Notes under the pieces: generated by a model
Databases searched by the model: none
Seen by the model: only the letters and a program-made list of their open reading frames with translations
What the model was told of the DNA's origin: nothing
Virus record (IMG/VR): IMGVR_UViG_3300033406_000018
Span: 1-38,781 of that record
Strand: one strand, 5' to 3'
Source of the DNA: a virus
Taxonomy: Duplodnaviria; Caudoviricetes
DNA length: 38,781 nucleotides
Program-made: the position numbers and the translations under genes
Part shown: one piece after another, positions 6,871 through 14,268 of the stretch
Layout of the letters: every line of letters starts with the position of its first letter
How positions within the stretch are numbered: position 1 is the first letter of the stretch

Positions 6871-7451
6871 AGCCTGACGGCGCGGACTCGACACTCGGCA
6901 GAGAGGACGTAGTAGTGCTGGTAGCCGTAGTGGAAGTACTGGAGAAACGCCGCTTTGCCGCCGGGCAGCGCAGTGGATGACCAGTACCAGGCATAATCAA
7001 AGGAATCCTGGCCGCCTTGCCGGAAGGCATCGATAGTGGTTTGCGACGGTGTTTCATCGGTGTATAGCCAGCCCGCCGGCACGCTGTTGGCGTTCTCGCC
7101 GTCGCGCCAACTGCAGTAGTTCGTTTCCTTGGTCGGCTTGAAATGGCGGTAGCCCAACTCAAGTACGTCACGCGATGGGATACCCCAGTCCTGGAAGCCG
7201 TCGATGGTCAGTTTTGAGATCCGCTTTGCCGCTGGGCTGCCGGCCTCGATGAGAGCCTTCGTGTTCGCCTGGCAGTCGTTGGGGCTACCGGCGCCGAAGC
7301 TCAGGCCGCCGGCGGGCATAAGCATCGAGCGGATCTCGCCGGCTTGCTTCGGGGCCCAGATGATTCCTTTGTGCGTTCCATTTACATTGATGACGCCGCC
7401 AAAGAATCCGCCTTCCATGGCGGTGCCGATTTGAGGGATTTGTTGTTGCAT
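6858..7451 (-). CDS. DGR target protein 2, DUF1566/Lcl-C (CLec-fold)-like, 197 aa
   Basis: ATG 7451 after GGAG SD; PQIG..GGFFGG, DWGIPSRDVLE, WYWSST, CRVRAVR; carries VR2. Confidence 0.88.
   Translation of the reverse strand: MQQQIPQIGTAMEGGFFGGVINVNGTHKGIIWAPKQAGEIRSMLMPAGGLSFGAGSPNDCQANTKALIEAGSPAAKRISKLTIDGFQDWGIPSRDVLELGYRHFKPTKETNYCSWRDGENANSVPAGWLYTDETPSQTTIDAFRQGGQDSFDYAWYWSSTALPGGKAAFLQYFHYGYQHYYVLSAECRVRAVRLIQL
6874..6954 (-). repeat. DGR variable repeat VR2
   Basis: 11 mismatches to TR, all at TR adenines; encodes AAFLQYFHYGYQHYYVLSAECRVRAV. Confidence 0.96.
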
Positions 7452-7494
7452 GGTTGCTCCTGGTAGTGCGGCCGTCAGGCTGCGGGTTGGGTGG

Positions 7495-7692
7495 TCATTC
7501 ATTTGGATTGCCCTGCAGGCGAAGGTGGGCGTCGGCCAGGCGGCGAGCAATGTGCTCAATCTCGGCGTCGAGAATGGCGCGCTGTTCGCGCAAGTCATTG
7601 AGCATCTTGCGGAGATCCTCAACATGCTGTTTTGCCGTGATGGTGCGGATACCAAGCAGGCATTCGTAGATGGTTGCGAACAGGCGGCGCAT
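7495..7692 (-). CDS. Hypothetical coiled-coil protein (65 aa)
   Basis: GGAG SD before ATG 7692; heptad-like LRKMLNDLREQRAILDAEIEHI. Confidence 0.6.
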   Translation of the reverse strand: MRRLFATIYECLLGIRTITAKQHVEDLRKMLNDLREQRAILDAEIEHIARRLADAHLRLQGNPNE

Positions 7693-7694
7693 GG

Positions 7695-8012
7695 TTAGTA
7701 CTCCGTTGAGCCGCACCGGCCCCACAGTTCGGTGGTTTCCGATGAGCGGCGGTTACGAAAGCTGGTCAGGAACTGCCAGCCGGCCTTGGTCAGCACGCGC
7801 TTTTGCCGAGCGTTGCCGGCGGCAACCGTGCAGATCGCCATGTCGTAATGCTGGATGTCGAGCTCGATCTCCTGCAGGGACTTGAGTTGGTGGCCGTGGC
7901 CTTTGCCGCGCCGGTCTTCCGGTACGACGAACGAATGGCAGACGGCAACCTGGCTCTGGCCGGGCAGCGAGTCGATTTCAAAGGCGCCGAAGGCGTTGCT
8001 ATAGCGGGCCAT
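7695..8012 (-). CDS. Small GNAT-like acetyltransferase
   Basis: FVVPEDRRGKGHG (motif A) and TVAAGNARQKRVLTKAGW (motif B); GAGG SD. Confidence 0.72.
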   Translation of the reverse strand: MARYSNAFGAFEIDSLPGQSQVAVCHSFVVPEDRRGKGHGHQLKSLQEIELDIQHYDMAICTVAAGNARQKRVLTKAGWQFLTSFRNRRSSETTELWGRCGSTEY

Positions 8013-8022
8013 TGGTCGATCC

Positions 8023-8187
8023 TCAGTTGGCGATCTGCGACCAGCCGGTCATTGGGCGCGGCAGCAGAGCCATCTGTCGGCCGTTGGTGTAGAGCTGCAG
8101 CCCGGCCTTGATCGAAGCAACGGCAATGGCCTGCAGGTCGAAACTCGACGTGTGCGGGTTGTGGGGGAAGAAGACGGCGGCGATCAT
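8023..8187 (-). CDS. Hypothetical protein (54 aa; not in ORF track)
   Basis: ATG overlaps the upstream stop (ATGA); MIAAVFFPHNPH...WSQIAN. Confidence 0.6.
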   Translation of the reverse strand: MIAAVFFPHNPHTSSFDLQAIAVASIKAGLQLYTNGRQMALLPRPMTGWSQIAN

Positions 8188-8750
8188 GCTGCTACCTGCA
8201 TGGCAGGTTCCAGGGCTTTTACAAAGCGAGCGGCCAGTTCAATGACGCGGGCGTCATTCGTGACTTCCTGGTGTTTTCCTTGCAGATCCTTGATCGCCTG
8301 CTCAACGCTGCCCTTGCCGGTTGCAACCCAGTAAGCCGCGGAGGCGGCGGAGTCGCTGATCGATGTCTCTGTGTAGTAGTCAAGCTCCCACTGGATTTCG
8401 CGGAGCGTCGGTTGCAGGAGGCCTTTGGTCAGGTAGCCAGAAAAATGATTGCGCAGGCAGGCAATTGCGACTTTCTCGGGAATTGTCTGGCATGGCAGGG
8501 CTTTAATGGCTGGCGAGATCCGCGCCAAGGCGGCCTTGTAGTCTCGGTTGTATTTGTCTTCGTTGGCCTTGGCGGTGCGGGCGTCGATTCCATTTTTGAT
8601 CGCGATGCTGGCAACGATATTGGCCGCAGTAAGCAGTACGCCCCGATCGGCAATGCTCAGGTCGCCCTGATTGGCCAGTGAGGTCAGCGTTGATGAAACC
8701 CGTTTAGCGGTCGATGCCGCGTTTTTCAAGTGAGTGGATTGGGTTTGCAT
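8184..8750 (-). CDS. Hypothetical helical protein (188 aa)
   Basis: ATG ORF in the coupled leftward operon. Confidence 0.7.
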   Translation of the reverse strand: MQTQSTHLKNAASTAKRVSSTLTSLANQGDLSIADRGVLLTAANIVASIAIKNGIDARTAKANEDKYNRDYKAALARISPAIKALPCQTIPEKVAIACLRNHFSGYLTKGLLQPTLREIQWELDYYTETSISDSAASAAYWVATGKGSVEQAIKDLQGKHQEVTNDARVIELAARFVKALEPAMQVAA

Positions 8751-8765
8751 GGTCGCGCCACTCTC

Positions 8766-8900
8766 TCAGCGCAGATTCGGAACAGCGGCAATGCCCGGCA
8801 GACCGGTGGCAGAGAACGTCAGGCCGAAGTGGCGGCCGTGGCTGGGGGCTGCGGCGCAGTGGGCGAGGTGGACTTTGAGTCCGGCGAGAGAGAGTTTCAT
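8766..8900 (-). CDS. Small first gene of the leftward operon (44 aa)
   Basis: AGGAG SD before ATG 8900, just downstream of the PL-like promoter. Confidence 0.5.
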   Translation of the reverse strand: MKLSLAGLKVHLAHCAAAPSHGRHFGLTFSATGLPGIAAVPNLR

Positions 8901-8928
8901 TTGGCGCTCCTGGGTTGTTGTTGGAGCG

Positions 8929-8970
8929 ATTATCACAACTGCGATATCCAATGTCAACGCAATTGCGATA
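8929..8970 (-). promoter_or_regulatory. PL-like promoter with two operators
   Basis: TTGACA (8952-8957)-17 nt-GATAAT (8929-8934); TATCACaactGCGATA 8931-8946 and CAACGCaattGCGATA 8955-8970. Confidence 0.85.
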
Positions 8971-8979
8971 TTTCAACCG

Positions 8980-9003
8980 AAAAAAAACCGCCCGAAGGCG
9001 GCT
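8980..9003 (-). terminator. Intrinsic terminator after the BRCT gene
   Basis: ccgcc-ttcg-ggcgg followed by a T run on the minus strand. Confidence 0.8.
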
Positions 9004-9022
9004 GTGTTTTGCAAAAGATGAT

Positions 9023-9661
9023 TTATTCCCCTTCGTTGTTCGGGGCTTTTGCATCAGCTGCGGCGATCCATGCCGATTCTGAAATGATCAGTGGCTTTCC
9101 GTATCTCGGCTTGCGCTGCAGGGCGGTTTCGATCTTTCTGCCGTAGGTAGTATTGGCCCAGTCGTCGCTGCATCCGGTGCCAACAACCAGGTAGTCGAGC
9201 TTGCCGGTAACGCTATCCAGCGCTTGGCCGCCGAGCTTCTCAACCAGTTTTTCGCAGGCGGCGCGAGTACCAAAGTAAAAAGTACCAGTCAGACAGAAGC
9301 TGCGGCCATCGAAAACAACTTCTGCTTCGTCGTAGGGTACAGATGGGCCGGCGGTCGCCGCTGATCCAGTGTCGGCGAACTCGTTGCCAGAAATGTCGGC
9401 GAGCAATGCTATCAGTTCGGCGCGTTCCTCGCTGGTGATGATGCCGTCGGCAAGGATCATGTTGAGGCGGTTGGCAATGGCGCTGCCTGGCCAGATTGTC
9501 GTGACTTCAATGTTCTGGTTTAGCCAGGTGGCAAGAAATGAAATTTCCTGATCGTTGAGCGTGCCATCTGCCGTCAGGCCGGCGCAGATGCCGAGCAGGC
9601 TTTGTGCTGATTTTGTCAGGCGCCGCCGCGCCAAGCTCGTTGCTGTTGCGTAGTCTTCCAT
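9023..9661 (-). CDS. BRCT-domain protein with helical (TerB-like) N-terminus
   Basis: FDGRSFCLTGTF..R...EKLVEKLGG....VTGKLDYLVVG...K...A...IISESAW; N-terminal ADGTLNDQEI and ADGIITSEER. Confidence 0.82.
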   Translation of the reverse strand: MEDYATATSLARRRLTKSAQSLLGICAGLTADGTLNDQEISFLATWLNQNIEVTTIWPGSAIANRLNMILADGIITSEERAELIALLADISGNEFADTGSAATAGPSVPYDEAEVVFDGRSFCLTGTFYFGTRAACEKLVEKLGGQALDSVTGKLDYLVVGTGCSDDWANTTYGRKIETALQRKPRYGKPLIISESAWIAAADAKAPNNEGE

Positions 9662-9730
9662 TGAATAAACTCCATGCTTTTGGTTTATCCAATTGTACTG
9701 GCTTGGTGCTACTGATGGAATGCCGTTGTA

Positions 9731-10075
9731 TTATATTCTGGCGACGGCGAGCAAGGCTCGGCGCTTGGCCGGCCCGCCCTCGCGAAAGGCTTTGATGAGC
9801 TCCAGTTCATGCCGGTTCATTGGTGAATGGAGTACGCTGCTGGCGGCATTATGGTCGATGTCCATCCATCCGACTGGCAACTGGCAGCCAGTTTCGATCT
9901 TGGTAACGGTATGGTCGCCGATCTTGCGATGATTTCCGCTAGGTAGTGGCGCTTCATTGAGTAGTTGGCCCAGGTATTTTTCGCTGGTGCCGCTGGCTTC
10001 GGCTAGTGCGGTGATGGTGCCGTATTCGGCAACCAGGTGCTTGAGATTGGCGAGGCGGATGGCGTTTCTGGTCAT
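9731..10075 (-). CDS. Second Cro/CI-type HTH regulator (114 aa)
   Basis: RLANLKHL...ITALAEASGTSEKYLGQLL...RKIG...KIE..CQLPVGWMD. Confidence 0.75.
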   Translation of the reverse strand: MTRNAIRLANLKHLVAEYGTITALAEASGTSEKYLGQLLNEAPLPSGNHRKIGDHTVTKIETGCQLPVGWMDIDHNAASSVLHSPMNRHELELIKAFREGGPAKRRALLAVARI

Positions 10076-10259
10076 CCGCCGATGTTAGGTCGGGCCGGCT
10101 TGTCGAGACACAGGCCGCTAGCGCGTCAACAATTCGCGCTATGAGCGGGCAAACGCCAACCGTGAATTATTTCACGGAATATGGCTGAAACTATGCTGTA
10201 TGTCATATTGTCGCTACTGGGCGACATCTGCATAATCCGTCCGCCGCCGAGATGGTGGC

Positions 10260-10285
10260 AAAAAATAACCCGGGCGAACCCGGGC
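10260..10285 (-). terminator. Intrinsic terminator downstream of cI and the 10372-10605 ORF
   Basis: cccggg-ttcg-cccggg followed by TTATTTTTTT on the minus strand. Confidence 0.7.
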
Positions 10286-10371
10286 CTCGGAGTTGAGAAC
10301 GGCGTCCCGCGCTCATGCCCGTCGTAGCGGGCTGGGGCTGCTCTTCTTGGTTGGCAGAGTTTATCCCCGTG

Positions 10372-10605
10372 TCAGTTGTCCGCGGTGCGAACTGCAGCGC
10401 GAAACAGTTCTGCGATCATGGCATTGTTTTGACCGAGCTGGCCGGCGCCTTTGACCAGCGTTCGGCCATCGCTGGTGATGATCAGGACAGCTGCGCCGCG
10501 CGCGCCGGTTACTTGAGCGGCCTTGATTGATTGAACAAGAAGGTCTTCCACGGCCTGGCGGCGCTGGCGGTCGATGGAGTAAACGTTAAGTTTTGCTTTT
10601 CGCAA
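10372..10605 (-). CDS. Hypothetical protein (77 aa, start uncertain)
   Basis: TTG-start ORF between cI and the terminator. Confidence 0.45.
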   Translation of the reverse strand: MRKAKLNVYSIDRQRRQAVEDLLVQSIKAAQVTGARGAAVLIITSDGRTLVKGAGQLGQNNAMIAELFRAAVRTADN

Positions 10606-10620
10606 GTCATGGTCCGGTTA

Positions 10621-10636
10621 TATCACTTAGGTAATA
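10621..10636. promoter_or_regulatory. Additional operator-like site
   Basis: TATCACttagGTAATA, one mismatch from TATCRC-N4-GYGATA. Confidence 0.5.
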
Positions 10637-10666
10637 TATCGCAGGATTTCAAAACTTACAAAAATG

Positions 10667-11131
10667 CTATTTGTGTTCCTGTTGGTCGAGTTTATTCGGC
10701 TTTTCGGTAACGTCTGCAAAGCCGGTCAGGGCGTCCTTTTTGGCCGACTCGCGACGCTGGCGGTTGTCTTCGGTGCCAAAACGGGTGCGCAGCATGGCAA
10801 TCATGGCTTGGCGTTCGGCTTCAGGGATGCGGTTGATTAGGGCGGCTAGTTCGATAGTTTTTGGGTCGTGCTGATAACTTCCGCGCTGTTCTTCGGCCTT
10901 AGGTGATTGGTCGCCGGGGGCTATGCCTTTTCCTGTTTTTAGCCAGTAGGCGTCAACCCCTAGGGCGTGGGCGATTTCGATCAGGGATGAAGGCGCCTTA
11001 TCGCGGGCGTCCTTTTCCATTCCGGCAATTGTCGATTGTCCGAGCCCGGCAGCGTCTGCCAATTGCTTCTGTGTGAGGCCTCGATCGGTTCTGAGGCGGG
11101 CAACGCGTTGCCCTAGTGTCTCCGTTTTCAT
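10667..11131 (-). CDS. cI: CI-like repressor (XRE HTH, 154 aa, no S24 peptidase domain evident)
   Basis: TLGQRVARLRTDRGLTQKQLADAAGLGQSTIAGME...IAHALGVDAYWLKTGKG; divergent from cro. Confidence 0.85.
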   Translation of the reverse strand: MKTETLGQRVARLRTDRGLTQKQLADAAGLGQSTIAGMEKDARDKAPSSLIEIAHALGVDAYWLKTGKGIAPGDQSPKAEEQRGSYQHDPKTIELAALINRIPEAERQAMIAMLRTRFGTEDNRQRRESAKKDALTGFADVTEKPNKLDQQEHK

Positions 11132-11196
11132 ATCACGATTGTGATACGAATCAATATCGCAATGGCGTTGACGTGGCATATCGCATTTGCGATACT
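11131..11196. promoter_or_regulatory. OR-like region: three operators and PR
   Basis: TATCACgattGTGATA 11131-11146, TATCGCaatgGCGTTG 11155-11170, TATCGCatttGCGATA 11179-11194 (24-bp pitch); TTGACG-17-GATACT 11168-11196. Confidence 0.88.
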
Positions 11197-11203
11197 CGGC
11201 GCC

Positions 11204-11392
11204 ATGAACTGGAAATCCATCATCAACGAGATTCTCGCCGCCGGCAAAACGCAGGTCTTTGTCGCTGGCCGCCTCGGTCGATCCCAAGCCTGGGTTAGTG
11301 CCCTTTCCAAGGGTGTGTATGCCGATATCGGCTGGCATGACGGCCAGGCCCTGCTGGCGTTGCACGAAGAGGTCGTTCAAAAGGCGGCGTGA
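11204..11392 (+). CDS. cro: Cro-like HTH protein (62 aa)
   Basis: GKTQVFVAGRLGRSQAWVSAL; divergent from cI. Confidence 0.82.
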   Translation: MNWKSIINEILAAGKTQVFVAGRLGRSQAWVSALSKGVYADIGWHDGQALLALHEEVVQKAA

Positions 11393-11560
11393 TGAATTCA
11401 TTTCGCTTCCTCCATTCTCCCTGCGGTCCATTGGTCGTCTCCCTGGTGGATCGTTTTTCCGGTGCTTTCTGGCGCCGGTTTTTTATTCCTGTGCCGTTGA
11501 CTGCACTTTAGGTGCTGTTGCGGTTATGACAAACGTACTATTTATTGAGGTGTACGAATC

Positions 11561-12016
11561 ATGAGTCTTCGTGCAGCAGTTCATCGAGCAGCATTGGCTA
11601 GCAAGATCGGTATTGAAGGCCTGGCGACAGCTATGTCTTCTCCGCAAAACAAGGTGAATGCAACGATTTTGCGCAATCAACTGATCGGCGGTGAGCGCCA
11701 TCACCTTGGTATTGACCGGGCTGAGATGATCATTGATCTGGTTGATTCCGACGAGTTGGCTCATGCGGCTGCGCTGCAGCGTGGCGGGGTGTTCCTCAAA
11801 ATGCCCGATGTGGATTCGGGGTCGTGCGATCTGGCGGTGTTGGAGATGATCACGCACGTCTGGCGGGCGGGTGGCGAGGTTGGCCGGGCGGTAGATGATG
11901 CCTTGGCTGACCATGTTGTCGATCGCGCCGAGGTGGCCAATATCCGGCAGGCAATTTATCGGCAGCAGCAGACCTTGATGGCGATGCTGTCGCGGCTGGA
12001 AAGCATGGCGGAATAG
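11561..12016 (+). CDS. cII: Phage regulatory CII-family protein
   Basis: Position after cro; GAGG SD; ILRNQL...HHL, GEV...ALAD.VVDR.E pattern. Confidence 0.75.
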   Translation: MSLRAAVHRAALASKIGIEGLATAMSSPQNKVNATILRNQLIGGERHHLGIDRAEMIIDLVDSDELAHAAALQRGGVFLKMPDVDSGSCDLAVLEMITHVWRAGGEVGRAVDDALADHVVDRAEVANIRQAIYRQQQTLMAMLSRLESMAE

Positions 12017-12047
12017 TCTCGTTGCGCTTCCATAACAACAACCAGGG

Positions 12048-13100
12048 ATGGGCCGTCTCGTGATCGAGAAGGCCATTGCTTTCAGTGCGCCTGAGTGGGA
12101 GGCGCTGGGCGGCCTGCCGTTCATGCAGCGCTGCCTTTACCTGGTGTTGCGGTGGTACATGGATCGCACGACTGGGCGCGTCGGTGATGCGCGCGGTATC
12201 AGCCTTCAGGGCTTGGCTGAGGAGCTTTACGTTGAGCCGGTGCGGGGTCGCCATGCGTCCGAGTGTGGTTCGCCGTCGAAGAAAGCTGTGCGCAGTGCCC
12301 TGGATGGGTTGGAGAAAGCCGGTCTGATCAGCCCGTGCGGAAACGGGGAAGTGCTTGTTTTTTTTCTGCCGAAGTCGCGTCGCGCTTCCGCTCGTCAAAA
12401 AGATGAGGGGCACATGAGGGGCACAGACGAAGGGCACAGTGACGGGCACGGTAAAAACATGCCGGCAGGCCGCGCCAATGCTGGAAAGTTGCATGTTGAT
12501 AACCGGCATGAGGGGCACGATGAAGGGCATACCAAAAACCCCGATGAGGGGCACACCTCAAGTACAAGGGTAAACCATCCTTCTACTCAAGCATCAGCAG
12601 CAGCATACGCCGGGGCTGTGGATAACTCGGCTGTGCTGGTGATGCCTTTGCTGCCGGAGAAGGTTGCTGAGTGGATTCGTCTGCAGGAGCGCCAGCGTGG
12701 TTGCCGGGCGAAGGTGATCGCTAGTGCTGCGCAGATCGCCGCTTGGCTGGCCCTCGCCGTGACCGGCGATGAACTTCACGAGGCTTACAGCCTCGCTAAA
12801 GTCGATCGAGAGGTTACGCAAAACCAAGCCCCGATCAATCTGCCATTCCTCGACATTTTCGTTCGTCGCGTGATCGCAGGGCGAGTGGTCAGCAGGGGGG
12901 CTGCTGTGAAGCCAACGGCGTCCGCGTGGTGGCATAGCGAGGCTGGAATCGTGGAAAAGGCCAATGCGGTCGGGGTCGATCGTTTGCCGGATGAGCCGGC
13001 AGAGCGGCTGCGTGGTCGCGTCGAACTGGCCTTGATGCATCTCGAGGATGCCGAGAAGCAGCGCCGGAAGGCGGCGCGTACCAAGCGAGGAGGTGTGTGA
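12048..13100 (+). CDS. Putative replication initiator
   Basis: Position after cII; wHTH-like N-terminus; internal iteron array and DnaA boxes. Confidence 0.65.
   Translation: MGRLVIEKAIAFSAPEWEALGGLPFMQRCLYLVLRWYMDRTTGRVGDARGISLQGLAEELYVEPVRGRHASECGSPSKKAVRSALDGLEKAGLISPCGNGEVLVFFLPKSRRASARQKDEGHMRGTDEGHSDGHGKNMPAGRANAGKLHVDNRHEGHDEGHTKNPDEGHTSSTRVNHPSTQASAAAYAGAVDNSAVLVMPLLPEKVAEWIRLQERQRGCRAKVIASAAQIAAWLALAVTGDELHEAYSLAKVDREVTQNQAPINLPFLDIFVRRVIAGRVVSRGAAVKPTASAWWHSEAGIVEKANAVGVDRLPDEPAERLRGRVELALMHLEDAEKQRRKAARTKRGGV
12402..12625. repeat. Putative origin: seven ~12-bp iterons (GATGARGGGCAC-like) plus DnaA boxes
   Basis: Copies at 12402, 12414, 12426, 12438, 12507, 12519, 12543; TGTGGATAA 12617-12625 (perfect TTATCCACA) and TGTTGATAA 12494-12502. 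Confidence 0.75.
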
Positions 13101-13321
13101 TGCCTGATCTGACCCCGTGGCTGAAGGTTAAGGCGCGCTATGAGGCGGGCGAAGGTGGTGTGTCGCTGGCGATGCGGGATATGGCCGAAGCTGTGCTGGG
13201 CGAGAAGTTTGTCAAGCCGGTGAAGCCGGTTCGGCGGCCGGATTTCCGCGACCGAGAGGCAGGCGACGATTCGTTCGATGACGACGATGCGGGCAGCCGC
13301 GGCGGGATGGTGGCGCTGTGA
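13097..13321 (+). CDS. Hypothetical protein (74 aa)
   Basis: GAGGAGG SD; overlaps the upstream stop. Confidence 0.6.
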   Translation: MMPDLTPWLKVKARYEAGEGGVSLAMRDMAEAVLGEKFVKPVKPVRRPDFRDREAGDDSFDDDDAGSRGGMVAL

Positions 13322-13551
13322 CCGGCCGGGCGTTGGTGTCGCAGAAGACGGCGTCCGATGTGGATGAGATCGCCCGCTTCTTCGGTATCGACATGGAATG
13401 GAACCGGCACATTTTCAGCCACGCGGCACAGGCCGATGGTCGGGCGTTTGAGTTGGTGGTTGCGGCGATGGCGGCGGCAATCCGTGAGGATATCCGGCGC
13501 GGCGTCGCTGGCCGGATTCGGCAGTCAATCCGGGAAAAGGGGAAGAGATGA
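13318..13551 (+). CDS. Hypothetical protein (77 aa)
   Basis: GTGA-coupled ORF. Confidence 0.55.
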   Translation: MTGRALVSQKTASDVDEIARFFGIDMEWNRHIFSHAAQADGRAFELVVAAMAAAIREDIRRGVAGRIRQSIREKGKR

Positions 13552-13745
13552 GCGCGGTTCCGTTTAGCTGGATGTACCAGGATCCGGCATTGATCACTGA
13601 TCGCCTGCGGGACATGCGGCTGCGAATGGCCGCCGAGGATCTGCGGTTGCGAGAGCAGGCGCGCCGCCGCAAGGCTCGCCATATTCGCAAACTGACCAAG
13701 CTGGCGAAGGCTGGCGTATTGAAGGGGGTTGGCAATGGAAGGTGA
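13548..13745 (+). CDS. Hypothetical basic protein (65 aa)
   Basis: ATGA-coupled ORF. Confidence 0.55.
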   Translation: MSAVPFSWMYQDPALITDRLRDMRLRMAAEDLRLREQARRRKARHIRKLTKLAKAGVLKGVGNGR

Positions 13746-14202
13746 TCATGTTCGGGTGGAAAGCGCTGTTACGGCTTCGGCGTCCGGCAATCTGACCTGG
13801 GGTCTGTGGCCGCATGAATGTGCCATCGCTCTTGGTATCTCTGGGCGCCATAACCCTCTGGGCTTCTACGTTGTCCGCTACCTGTCTGAGCCGCCCAGTG
13901 CAGCAGGCGTCTGGGGGGTTGTTCTTGTTCTTGCGAAGGAGATGCAGCGCCGCGGCGTTCCGGAAGACGGCGTCAAGGAACTGGCGTTCAAGGCCTTCGA
14001 GTTCTGGAAAGACAGCCGTTGCCTAAGTTGCGGCGGCAGGGGTGTTACCGGTGTCGAGCAGATCGAGTGCAGCAAGTGCGGCGGGACCGGACATCGTCCC
14101 GACCCAAAGGGAAATTCCGCCGTGTCGATCGGTATTGATTGCCTGCGCGATGCAGAGTTGATGATGGAAGGGCAGCTTGCCTCACGGCTGCGGAGAGGGT
14201 GA
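13735..14202 (+). CDS. Q-like late antiterminator with zinc finger
   Basis: CLSCGGRG......CSKCGGTG; last early gene before the packaging genes. Confidence 0.7.
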   Translation: MEGDHVRVESAVTASASGNLTWGLWPHECAIALGISGRHNPLGFYVVRYLSEPPSAAGVWGVVLVLAKEMQRRGVPEDGVKELAFKAFEFWKDSRCLSCGGRGVTGVEQIECSKCGGTGHRPDPKGNSAVSIGIDCLRDAELMMEGQLASRLRRG

Positions 14203-14268
14203 TCGATATGAGTTTTTCAAAGATGGGGGTTGACACAGGGTGTAGAGTTAAAAAGTACAGGGGAAGAC

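Noticed and set aside
5706-6954. Three copies of a ~32-bp identical sequence as a CRISPR array
   Set aside because: Copies are over 500 bp apart and are the constant 3' ends of TR, VR1 and VR2; no cas genes
7452-7655. N-terminal extension of target 2 in the ORF track (265 aa)
   Set aside because: Overlaps the 7495-7692 gene; good SD at ATG 7451
10196-10211. CTGTATGTCATATTGT as an SOS box
   Set aside because: Lacks the ACAG half-site
11132-11431. ORF-track 254-aa version of cI
   Set aside because: The extension overlaps cro and the operators; the HTH starts at ATG 11131
14230-14260. Late promoter pR' at TTGACA 14230
   Set aside because: Position is plausible but no convincing -10 at 16-18 nt spacing
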